Positions 51,651 through 63,249 of a DNA stretch of 64,000 bases are shown here, one piece after another. The notes beneath the pieces are model-generated. The model worked only from the letters and a program-made list of their open reading frames with translations, was not told the origin of the DNA and ran no database searches. A program made the position numbers and the translations under genes. Numbering within the stretch: the stretch's first letter is position 1; each line of letters starts with the position of its first letter. Origin of the DNA: Eledone cirrhosa (taxonomy: Eukaryota); NCBI GenBank assembly GCA_964016885.1, contig OZ024740.1, positions 141,422,001 to 141,486,000 of the forward strand. The letters run 5' to 3'.

Positions 51651-53135
51651 GCTAAAAGTATCTGAAACTGTAAAAGCTGAACTAGTAACCTGCATAGTTA
51701 ATCAGGAAACACAGGATGGAGTCATTAGCAATGACTGGTGCAGCGTAAATTGCTACAAGGGAAAAGTTGATGTTCTAGAAAGGAGCAACTACAGAGGACT
51801 TAAAACTAATGGACCAAGTTATGAAAGTGACGGAAAGAATTCTAGCACAGCTAATTAGAGAAAAGAGTTAAATTATGCCTGCGAAAAAAGAAGTTTTTAG
51901 CCAAGAATAAATTGTTATATCTAGCTTTTGTTGATCTAGAAAAGGCTTTTGATAGAGTACCTCAATCTGTTATCTAGTAGACCTTAAGAAAATCAGGTGT
52001 AGAAGAATGGCTTGTGAGAGCAGTGTATAAGCCATGTACAGAGGAGCTATCAGTAAAGTGAGAGTAGGAAGTGAGTTTAGTGAGGAATACAAGATACAGG
52101 TAGGAGTTCATCATGGTTCGGTTCTCAGCCCACTATTGTTCATTATAATTCTCCAGGCCATAACAGAGGAGTTTAAGACTGGTTGTCCATGGGAACTTCT
52201 CTATGTGAGTGATCTGGTTCTTATAGCTGAATCCATAAAAGAACTAGAGAATACAGTCCGACTATGGAAACAGAATTTACAATCAAAAGAGTAAACTTAG
52301 AAAAAACTAGTGTTTGTAAGCATGAAAGAAGATAGGGCCCTGATACTATCAGGAAAGTTAAGCTGCTCTGCCCAATATGCAGAAATACTATACATTGTAC
52401 AGTAAAATTATGGGTACACAAGGGGTGTAGTGGGATCGCAGGCAGATTAATAGCAATGGAAGTCTTCATATGTACTAGATGCACAGGGGTAATCGATTGG
52501 AAGAGTATCAGTGATATAAACCTTTTCCAATCACATGAAGAATCCATATAAGTGGTTGATAGCTTCTGCTACCTAGGTGACCTAATTAGTAGCGGTGGAA
52601 GAGAGTGCCCTGAGAGTATAATAGCTAGAATAAAGATAGGAGTTTAGAGAGTTACTCCATTTGTTGACAACAAAAGGTTTCTCCCTATGTACAAAAGGAT
52701 AGCTCTATGATGTCTGTGTGAGAAGTGCGATATTGTATGGTAGAGAATCAGTGACTACAGAGGACATACAAATGAAGCAACTATGCTTTGTTGGATGTAC
52801 AATATAAATGTAAGAATAAGGCAGAGCTTAGATGAACTGAGGGAGAAACTGGGTTTAAGAAGAATCAGAAGTGGTGTGCAAGAGAGAAGACAGTGTTGCT
52901 ATGGGCATATGATGTGCATGAATGATAATTGCTGGGTGAAGAAGTGCCAAGAAATCCCAGTGGAAGAAAGCTGCAGTAGAGGTAGAACACGTAAGACCTG
53001 GGTGGAGGTGGTGAGAGCTGATCTCAAATTGCTGAGACTCACTGAGGAAATGACGAAGGAAGGCAATGCTGTGCTGAAAAGAACCTATTCAACCCATGCA
53101 AACGTGGAAAAAGACATAATAAAGTCGATGATCAT
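51651..53135 (+). pseudogene. Old degenerate RTE LINE; its 5' part is 49658-49715
   Basis: Eroded NCYKGK, LAFVDLEKAFD, GVHHGSVLSP, PHD remnant and GRTRKTW. Confidence 0.9.
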
Positions 53136-53357
53136 GAGGATATATATCTTGATCATGACTTTTATCAAGTGTTAAACTAATACATTTCTTCCATGTACTG
53201 TGCCATTTGTTTTGTTATTTCAGTTTACCTTTTACACACACACACACACACATACATATATATCATCATCATCTTTGTTTAACGTCCATCTTCCATATAT
53301 ATATATATATAGATAGATATCTATCTATCTCTATATATATATATTATTGACTCTTTT

Positions 53358-53408
53358 AGTTTCAGAAGATCTCGTTAAGGGTGAAAGCAGCGATTCTTTG
53401 CTTAAACT
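53358..53408 (+). ncRNA. Hammerhead-like motif with a core substitution, probably inactive
   Basis: AGTTT-CAGAAGA-TCTC gttaa GGGT-GAA-AGCAG cgattct TTGCT-T-AAACT: all three stems pair, but the core reads CAGAAGA rather than CTGANGA. Confidence 0.5.
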
Positions 53409-53527
53409 TTAATCTGTTATTTTAATAAATATTTTCTCTATGGTTCTTATATATCTGAAATATATTTATCCTTATCAAACCCTCTTTGGATTTTAGTCTT
53501 CAAATTTATTATTATTACTATATATAT

Positions 53528-54513
53528 AAAGAATGCCACAGTACTAAAGTACGCAAGATGACATCAAGCTGTACCTTGAGATAAAAAGGACAGATCCTTA
53601 ACACTATAGATCTTGCTTGCAATCTGACCTGGACACAATGCAATAATGGATCTCAGACTGGCAACTCAAGCTAGCTGTGGACAAGTGCACCACCATGCAT
53701 TTTGAGAGTAAAAACCCAGCGTCCACATACTCCCTCCACAGCACTAATATCAAGAAGTCTTCTTGTGAACGTGACCTGGGCATTACCGTCAGCAGCGATT
53801 TGCGTTGGACGAAGCACGTCACTAAAATTGTCAAGAGGGCCGAGGGTGTCTTAGCATCACTCAACAACACCTTTGTCAGCCACTCTCCAGCTATCTATTT
53901 AAGGCTGTACATGGCTATGGTGTGGCCACACTTGGAATTTGCATCACCAGTCTGGAACCCCTATCTTGCTCAGAACATTGACTGCCTAGAAACTGTTCAG
54001 AGACGTGAAACCAAGCGAATACTCTCCATCAGGCATCTACCATACTCTGAACGCCTTGCTTCCCTGGGCATGGATACATTGAAGCTCCAACGCCTGGCAA
54101 CTGACTTGGTAAACACCCACAAAATTGTTAACCATTTTGCCAACAACAACCCTGAGTACCTTTTTAATTTCCATGTGTCTAACACACATGGGCATGCCCA
54201 CAAAGTCAGAAAACAGCACAGTTCCCATGACTTTCGGAAACATTTTTTCACGCTCAGAGTTGCTGAAGCATGGAACAAACTACCTGCATCAGTTGTTAGC
54301 TGTCGAGACATTGCATCCTTTAAAACCTCCATGCTTCCCGAGATTCACCAACACTACACCTAATGTTCCTCCTCCATACACATACACACATGTATATCAT
54401 GACTCATACACTATTCACTTCCCTGATATTTGTATATTATTCTATGTACTATACACGCACCTTTGACGAGTTGTATTGCACCTGAGCACTTTACACATTA
54501 TTATTATTATTAT
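53528..54513 (+). mobile_element. CR1-type LINE 3' fragment (end of RT, C-terminus, UTR, (ATT)n)
   Basis: ERDLGITVSSDLRW, VWPHLEFASPVWNP, LETVQRR and HFFTLRVAEAWNKLP. Confidence 0.9.
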
Positions 54514-54619
54514 AAAGACATCTATCTATCTATCTATATATATATATATATAAATAAAGATATCTATCTATATATAATATCGGTAAGAAAGTTTTTTTTA
54601 TATCAATGTTTGACGGGCA

Positions 54620-54741
54620 TCCACTGATGATTTATAAGTACCCACCTGCATATATTCCTACGGAATACGTGCAGGCTTCTACATAACCTGGACACATTTT
54701 TCCCAACTTGTAAAAAACTTATAATGAAACAATTGTTTGGA
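54620..54741 (+). ncRNA. Type I hammerhead ribozyme motif with intact core and a 77-nt loop II
   Basis: TCCA-CTGATGA-T-TTATAAGT...ACTTATAA-T-GAAAC-AATT-GTT-TGGA. Confidence 0.75.
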
Positions 54742-54925
54742 AAGGGAGATGTATTTTAATTATGTCTCATATAAAATAATACAACTGGCTATCCGCAAAA
54801 TACATATAGTTAGCATCCCAAACGTAAAATTGGGATTATACTAAGGTATATCCTAATGTTCGTTGAGTGAGATGGAAGCCAGTTAGAGTATAGCTTGAAG
54901 CTTTAAGCTTTCTCTGTTAATGTAT

Positions 54926-54965
<40 letters not shown>

Positions 54966-54975
54966 TATAGATATG

Positions 54976-56255
54976 TTTCTTTTATTTGCCACCAGGGCAT
55001 CAAAAGTGGGACAAGTACAATGGGGGGAGTTTACAAAACAAGGCGTCCTCAATAGGGAGGAGGCAATAACAATATATAAAAATAAAATATAACAAAAAAT
55101 AAAATTATAACAAAATCCTCAATAGAGGGGGGCTCACACCCCCGAAAAAAGTGTGCAACCCTTCTCCTCAGGAGCACAGAGAGGGGGTGCTCCCCTGTTC
55201 CTTCCTCTTTTCCACCTACAGGCTTATGTAAAGAGAAGGCCCATTCACACGGGCCATTCTCGCCACTTTCACCCACCTTTCATAAAAACGACTGGGGTGG
55301 AGCACCTCTCTCTCCATCCTGATCCTTCTTCCGAAATGATATCGGAAGAAACGGACCAGTTGTTGGCCAGAGAGAAAGGTGCTTAACCTCAGTCCTTTCA
55401 GACGCGTCCACCATACAACTTCTTTCACCATGGCTATTACGCACAGAAACACCCCCTCTCCTTCATCTTTGAAGGGGGGAGGCGGCTTGATCATTACAAT
55501 AGACTCGGTGGTCAACCGGATCGGTCCCACCCTTGACAGCAGTTGTTCGACATAGCCCCTCAGATCGGCTACGCCCGAGCAGTGTACCAATGCGTGTGCA
55601 ACGGTTTCCTCGTCGCACACGCATCTGGGACAGATCTTTTTGGTGGGGTCCCTACCCGGGCGCCCTTGTCTGTAGAGCTTTTCTCGAACGGGTAGAGCCC
55701 CTCGGTAGCACTGCCAGGCCAGGGACTTCTGGAAGTTGTCCATAGGTCCCGGGCTGAATGTCCTACCGAACAGGCTGGCCAGTTCATCCTCCTCCATGTC
55801 TAGGGCTTCTCCGAGGGCGTCGTCGCACCTGCTGCGTACCAGCCCTCTATAGAATGTTGCAGTGGAGTCTCCACTGATAACCGGATCCGCCTGCCAGAGG
55901 GCCGTGAGCGCCTGGGCACACTCAGTGTGCCAGGCGCCCAGTTTTCTCGGTCTTTGCTTGACCCAGGATTGCAGCTCGGTGAGTGAGATGAGTCTGGGAA
56001 AGGTTCGTCTCACAAACGAGGCCCACACCGGTTGACCGGTGAGGAATACGTAGAGGTGCTGTAGCCTTAATGCGTGTTTACGCATCATTAGCCACGGCAT
56101 CCCCAGCCCTCCTTTCAAAGGGTGTTGACAGCAGATGGCTCTCCTCACCAAGGGAGCCCGCCTCTTCCAAAGGAATTGGAAGAGCGCGCGCTCCATCTTG
56201 GCGAGGGTTTCCCTTGGGCAGGGCACTACGGTCAGGCGGTAGTAGATGACGGACG
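54976..56255 (-). mobile_element. Tx1-like (L1 group) LINE 3' fragment, copy 1
   Basis: FQFLW, GGLGMP, WQCYRGALPV and the CPRC...ETVAHALVHC zinc knuckle; the 3' end is AATAAAGAA next to a microsatellite. Confidence 0.85.
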
Positions 56256-56268
56256 ATAGATAGATAGA

Positions 56269-57588
56269 TTTCTTTATTAGCCACAAGGGCGCAACAAGAA
56301 AGGGGACAATACAAAGACATGCCAGGGATTTTACATACAGTCGTGTAAAAAATATAAAAACAAACAATTTCAACAATCGAAATCCCCAATAGGGGGGAGG
56401 CGCCACAAATGGGTTGTTTAATACCCCGTCGATAGAACAACCCTCAACTCGAGGAGCATGTTGTGCAAGTGCTCCTTTCTTCCTTTTGCTCTCTTCCTCA
56501 ACCTACAGGCTTATAAACAGAGAAGGCCCAATCACTCGGGCCATTTTCGCTTCATTCACCCACCTTTCAGTAAATTTACTGGGGTGCAGTGCCTCTCTCT
56601 CCACCCTGATTCTCCTTCTAGAGTGATACTTAAAGAAGGGAATCAATTGTTGTCCGGAGAGAAAGGCATCTGTCCTCAGTCCTCTCAACCTCGTCCACCA
56701 TATAACTTCTTTCACCATAGCCACCGTACAGAGGAAAACCGCCTCTCTTTCGTTTTTGAAAGAGTCTGGCGGTTTGATCCTTACTATGGACTCGGCAGTC
56801 AACTGTATTTGTCCCATACGCGACAGCAGTTGTTCTGCATAGTTCCACAGGTCGCTTACGCCCGGGCAGTGTACAATTGCGTGCAGAACTGTTTCAATGT
56901 CCTGCGCACATCTTGGACACGCCCTCTTGGAAGGATCCCTGCCAGGGCGTCCGTGCCTGTAGATCTTGTCACGAACCGGTAGAGCTCCTCGGTAGCACTG
57001 CCAGGCCAGGGACCTCTGGAAGTTGTCCATAGGTCCTGGGCGGAAAGTCCTACCAAACATACTGGTGAGCTCATCGTCTTCGACGCCCAGAGTCTCTCCG
57101 AGCACGTCGTCGCCCTTGTAACGTACAATCCCTCTATAGAATATTGAAGTGGAGTCTCCACTGATTGCTGCGCCCGCTTGCCAGAGGACTGTGAGCGCCT
57201 GAGCGCATTCAATGTGCCAGGCGCCCATCGTTTTCGGTCTTTTCTTCACCTAGGACTGCAGCTCCGTTAGCGAGACGAGCTGTGGGAAAGCCTGTCTCAC
57301 AAACGGTGCCCACACCGGTTGGGGGTCGGTGAGGAATACCTGGAGATGCCGCAGCCTCAGCGCATGTTTGCGCATCATCAGCCACGGCATTCCCAGCCCT
57401 CCGTTGGAAGGGTGCTGACAGCAGACGGATCTCCTCACCAGTGGAGCCTGCTTCTTCCACAGAAACTGGAAGAGCATGCGTTCCATCTTGGCGAGATGTT
57501 CACGGGGACAAGGCACGACAGTCAAGCGGTAGTAGATGACGGACGCTATGAAAGTGTTCGCCACCTCCGCTCGACCTTTCAAGGACAG
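56269..57588 (-). mobile_element. Tx1-like LINE 3' fragment, copy 2; diverged paralog with an in-frame stop at 57250-57252
   Basis: LSLKGRAEVANTFIAS..YRL, GGLGMP and CPRC...ETVLHAIVHC; same 3' terminus followed by (TCTA)n. Confidence 0.85.
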
Positions 57589-60500
57589 ATACATGTAAAG
57601 TGGCTGTACTAGTGAAATGAGAAAAACAAAGCACAAAGTTTATCTTGTGTGCTGGTGACACAATAAAAAAGCACTCGGTCCACCCAGTTAGATGGTCATT
57701 TCTGTGCTACGATAAAAAGCACCCGGTCCATACTTTAACTTTGTTGGTATTAGGAAGGGAATCTAGCCGTAGAAACTAAACCAAAATACAAATCCATATG
57801 AGCAAGACACAGTCTTCTGACTTGATTTGTTTGCTAATATTACAACCTGTCCAATCCATACAAGCAAGGAAAAATGGACATTAAACAATGATGATGGTGA
57901 TGATGAGATAAACATGCAAATATCAGAGAAACTAGGTAATTATATCACTTAAAAGAACTTGCTTATTATAGCTTTTTAATTACTTGAACATCTTCTGTGC
58001 TAATTAAGCAACTTAAATTCAAATGTTATTTGTTGAACAACTCAAGTGCAAAAGGTTGAAAGTATGTCAGCATATATGTGTAGCATGTATGTATATGGGA
58101 TTGAGTGTATTCTTGTGTATGGTATGTATGCATATGTATATGGCATGTATGTATGTGTATGCTAATAGATCATTAAAATTAGAGAGGGAGTTATTCTTTA
58201 TACTGTATGTGTGAGAGAGAGAAAAGGGAGAAAGGCAGGAGAGAGAGAGGAGAATATGAGAGAAGAGCGAGAGTGAGAATAGAAAGGGGAGTAACAAGGT
58301 AGTTGACGGAAAATCCATGAGGAATTAATAATTATTGGAATATCAAATTAAATACTTTATTATTTGTTCAGGACCTCAGTGCTCTGAGTTAAAATCCCAT
58401 TGGGGGTCAATAGGGCAGCATCTTTGCAAGTCCCAGTATCTTTACATGACCCCTTGGTGGTGGTGGAGGGTGAGAGTAGGAGCATCCCACAGTTTGAGAA
58501 GCCCTGCCAAAATTCAATGACGTGCCGGAATATCATAAAGTATTTTAACTTCACGATGTGTACTTAGGACAAGTCAGCTTGATGAAGACCATACCTATCA
58601 ACGAGCAAGTAGAATAACTAAATGGATAGGTTATTGTAATATTGGTTCAAATTAGCATTAGCACTATCACAGAATGATTCAAAACAGGGGCATACCATAT
58701 TTCTTTGTGTATAATGTGACTTGAATATTATATGCTCCCTGTTTCTGAAGCTACAAAAAAAAGATGGAAATAAATTATCTGACCCTAAAATACAGCCATG
58801 CCTATGAAAATTATTGTCTTATTATTCAAGTGGAGCAAGTATATATTTTCACATTACTTAGGCCTTAGTTGTAATCAAAATATGAAAGATCCCATATAGT
58901 CCCTTTATAAATTTATTTTATGAATTTCCTGTCTTTAGGACAAGTAACGTTCAATTACTCTAATATCCAAATAATAAATACTGCTGAACTATCAAATACC
59001 ATTTGAAAACAATTGTTTTCAACATGTATTTGCAATCTTGCCATTTGGAATGAGTATTTTTAAGTTCAATAAAAATTTCTGAAAACATGTTTGCCCTTAA
59101 TCACAATTCAAAATTTTTCTTTTTGTGTATTGTATGTGAGAAAATATGGTATAGCAAAATATATTCAATATGTTCATGTATAATAAACATACTTATTGTG
59201 AATAGTTCAAGGTCTGAGCAACCATGTAAGAATGCTGTACATGTATTTCAGGATTATTTAACCATTTCTAGCAGATGCTTACTACTGTACTGAGGCACAG
59301 ATGTTAATAACTTTTTATATATTTATATAGATTTTGTAAATAAATAATTCTTTATGGGGGTTTATTTATATATAGTAAAAGCTTAGAGGACTAGTATTAA
59401 TTAGCAAACTAACAAAGCATGATTCAGAATAAAGGCATATATGGAAACATATATAGTACTGATTCAAAGGTCATGAGCTCAAAACTATTGGAAATGGAAC
59501 GGTTGGGTGTGTTTCTAAGCAGAACACACACACACACTCTCTCTCTATATATATATATATCCTCATCATCACCAAAAAATGACCTAGGCAAAGGTTGTGA
59601 GAGCTGACCTTAAATCGTTATGACTGGCAGAGGAAATGACGAAGTAACGCAATGAGTGGAGAGATGTCATACTGACAAGAGCCCGTCCAACCCATGCAAG
59701 TGTGGAAAAATGGACTAAAAACGATGATGATGAAAAACATGAATATCTGGTTTAGGATAGGGGCACCATATCTCTGCATATCATATGAAATGAGGGTTGT
59801 TGTCAAAAAGGACATCCTGCTGTAAGACATTACCTCAAGAGGTCCCATCCAATCTATACTAGCATGGAAAAGTCAACATAAAAATGATGATACATATACA
59901 TATATATATATATGTCTAAGCCATGCTAGCATGGGTTAGACGGGAGTTTTCCCAATTTGAGGCAAGGTTGGTTGGGTGACCGTGTCTCGCTCGTATAGGA
60001 CTATCTGGCAGGTTTTCTATGGCTGGATGCCCTTCCTAACACCAACCACATTTACAGTGTGGACTGGGAACTTTTTACCGCAGTACCTACACGGCCACAT
60101 TATAGTGTGGACTGTGTGTTTTTTTGTTGTGACACCTACACGATCTCGATCTCATTTATTTGGACTGAATGTTGTGGTACCAACTTTACAGAGAAAGGGT
60201 GGTGTTGGTGGGAGTGGGAGGATGGAGTAGGGTAGTGGATTGGAGTGTATATTTGGTTAAGAGGTGCCACACACACATACATATAATGCATGTTGTTAGC
60301 TCTGATTGAGCAAACCTATGATCAAAACCATTCCAGCCAAGATTATCTCATCTTCTTGTATATATGTAGGACTGCATTGTTTGATGAGTCTTTTCTTATC
60401 ATTAAGATGGTAGAGTGTGATTTATTGTTCTTAATGTCGTGGAAAACGTCTTAGCATTGGAGTTGACAGTGATATATTTCATCATCATCATTCTTCTATG

Positions 60501-61578
60501 TTTGTTTTCCATGCTTACAGGTTGGATAGGTTTCCATGATCTGAGACTAGACTGGCCAGAGAACCATGCCTGACCCATATTCTGCATGCTTTAAAATGGC
60601 AACAACTTTACAGTGTGTATTTAGTGCATTTCATTGAGGCACCAGCTAACTCTTTACAGAGTGTACTGGGTGCTTTTATTGTTTTTAGCACCAGATCGGC
60701 TCTGATTGAGCACGAAAGGCAAAAGCATTCCAGCTATGACCATCTTGTTTTATTTTTTATCAGTCACAGTGTACCAAGGACTACATTAGTCAATCTATCC
60801 ATCCTTCCTTTTTTTAGATGATAGGCTGAGAATTGAGAGAAATTTAGCTCCTGTCTCTAACAGTTTGAGTGACCATGTAGAGCAGAATCTACTGATATAA
60901 ACAGCTGCATGCAGGGTTTCTGTGAGCAATTTTGTAGATGGAACAAGACTGATTTCAGGACCTACTGGTAGTGGAGATGGGAAGTTTCTCTCAAAATTCA
61001 AGGGGCTGATTTTTTTTTAGGGTGTGGTGGTAGGCATCAGAAAATATTCAAGGACTTCTCCTTGGCTCTCTCAGCCAAGAACCGATAAACTGGCTGACCT
61101 CTCCACCCCAGTTCACTCTCGTTAGCCTTGGCAACAAGTGGTATATAATTAGAGATAATCAGTAAAATATGTGGAAACTAATAGTGACACTTGTTAGTAA
61201 ACTACAATTAATTGAAAAGAGTAAATATAAAGGAAACATGATAAGAAGAAAAGTTAAAAAAGAAAAGAAGCAATTCATTGAATATGTGTTGAAAGGAAAG
61301 TGAAATAGGTAATGAGGTTAATAGAAGCAAATGGTGGCTGTGGTGACGCTTGTTTACATGTGTATACATGTTTGTGTGTAGGCGTGCATGTAGATACACC
61401 ATCTAGTGATTTATACCAGCTGTGATGTAAGTAATGTGTGCAGGATGTGTGTGTTTGTATGTGGATCTTTCTATAGTCACATATATGTTTATAGATGTGC
61501 ACACACACACATATTATATACATATATATGCATATATATATATACATATATATATATACATATTTATATATACATATG

Positions 61579-61609
<31 letters not shown>

Positions 61610-61654
61610 CATCATCCTTGTTTAACGCCTATCTTCCACTTGAGGCAGATTGGT

Positions 61655-62243
61655 CAGGGTACTTTTTGTCATGACACACACACGACCACTTTACAGTGTG
61701 GACTGAGCATTTTTTGTTGTATCACCATCACAACCACTTTACAGGTTGGCCTGGGTGCTTTGTTATGACTTTACAGGGTGAACTGAGCATTTATTGTTGT
61801 GTTGCTAACACACCCCCTGGACTGGGTGGTTTTGTCATGGCACCAACTTGCCCATTCCACAGGGTAGACTGGGTGCCTTTGGTCATGCCCGCTCTACAGG
61901 GTGGGCTGGGTGCCTCCTGTCGTGTACACCAACATGACAACCTTACAGGGTGGACTGGGTGCTTATTTGTCATGTCACCAGCACGACCATTTTGCCGACA
62001 GGGCCAGGTGTTCTTTTGTCATTGTTACCTTACAGGGAGGGCTAGGTGCTCTTTTGTCATGGCACTGACATGAACACCTGACATGGAGGGCTGAAAGCTT
62101 TTTTTTGTGTCACCAGCATGACCACCTTACAGGGAGGGCTAGGTGCTCTTTTGTCATGGCACTGACATGAACACCTTACATGGAGGGCTGGAGGCTATTT
62201 TTTGTGTCACCAGCATGACCACCTTACAGGGTGGACTGAGAGC
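61655..62243 (-). repeat. Degenerate tandem array of about 13 units (mostly 45-50 bp) derived from the RTE/SINE 3' UTR module
   Basis: Recurring ttacaggg.gg.ct.ggtgc..ttttgtcatg.cacc motif; a 97-bp dimer is duplicated at about 62027-62228. Confidence 0.8.
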
Positions 62244-62429
62244 TATTATCCATAGTCATTTCATTCACATAATGGGAGCGTATGTTCATTTTTCCAAGCT
62301 TGATAATCATGAGAGGTGCCACAGACATTGAAAGTAGGTGCGGAGGGTGTAGAGTGGAGTGTTAAGGCGAGGAAAGTGTATGGAAGAGGGAGAAGTAGTA
62401 CATACTAGAAACCACTAGATGTTGCTTCA

Positions 62430-63200
62430 TCCTGTGCACTTGGGAAGGCAAGTCTTCTGCAGTACTGTATGAGGTGAAGAGAAGTGGTGCTTACTAGAGG
62501 CCACTAGATATTGTTTCATCCCATGCACATGGGAAAGTGGGTCTTCTCCAGTACTGCATAATGCCAGAGATCTCAATCCCTTGTCATCACCATTGACAGG
62601 TTGAAATTGTATGAAATTAGCTTTTACCACCTCATTCCAAACTTTCCTAGGTCTTCCTCTTCTATAGCTTTTATCAACTTTGAGTGTTGTGCACGTTTTT
62701 ATACAATTGTCATTCTTCATATGCATCATATATCCATACCACCACAATCTTCTTATGTGCATCTGAAACATAATGTCTATATTCTCCACTAGCTTGCCTG
62801 CAATCCCACTACATCTCTTGCACATCTATAAATTACACTGTGTGATCATTATGGAATTTATGCCCACTCCCTTTTGACACACCAAGCAACTTTACTTCTC
62901 TGGCAGTAATTCTTTTCTGTTCTCTTTTCTTCTTAAGAATTTAGTCTACTAAGTGAACTTTTATGTATTTCAATCCTAGGTTTTTCTTCCAAGCCTGGAA
63001 TTTTGCTTCTGTCTCTTCCATGGATTCCGCTATAAATGAGCATCAGCATGACTGTTTTAATCTCTTCTGTAATGGCCTAAAGGACATTGATAAACAAGGA
63101 ATGGGCTACGACTGGGCCCTGGTGGGTCACCAACATACACTTCAAATTCATCACTATACTCCTCACCAACCTTTATCCTGCAGGTTGCACCTCTATACAT
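62430..63200 (-). pseudogene. Old, internally deleted RTE LINE
   Basis: [21 protein letters not shown] and GRPRKVW. Confidence 0.75.
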
Positions 63201-63249
63201 AGCTTATATAGCTCTTATGAGGCATTCATTTACACTTAACCTTTTTAGC

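Noticed and set aside
55216-56406. 396-aa ORF as one protein with a hydrophobic N-terminus
   Set aside because: It is a chimeric read-through from the 3' UTR of Tx1 copy 2 across (GATA)n into truncated copy 1.
61121-61135. RFX X-box-like motif GTTAGCCTTGGCAAC, relevant to a ciliary gene
   Set aside because: Only one good half-site, more than 50 kb from the identified exons, and no evidence of a start site nearby.
61655-62243. CRISPR-like repeat-spacer array
   Set aside because: The units are degenerate along their whole length with no unique spacers, no cas genes are present, and the context is eukaryotic.
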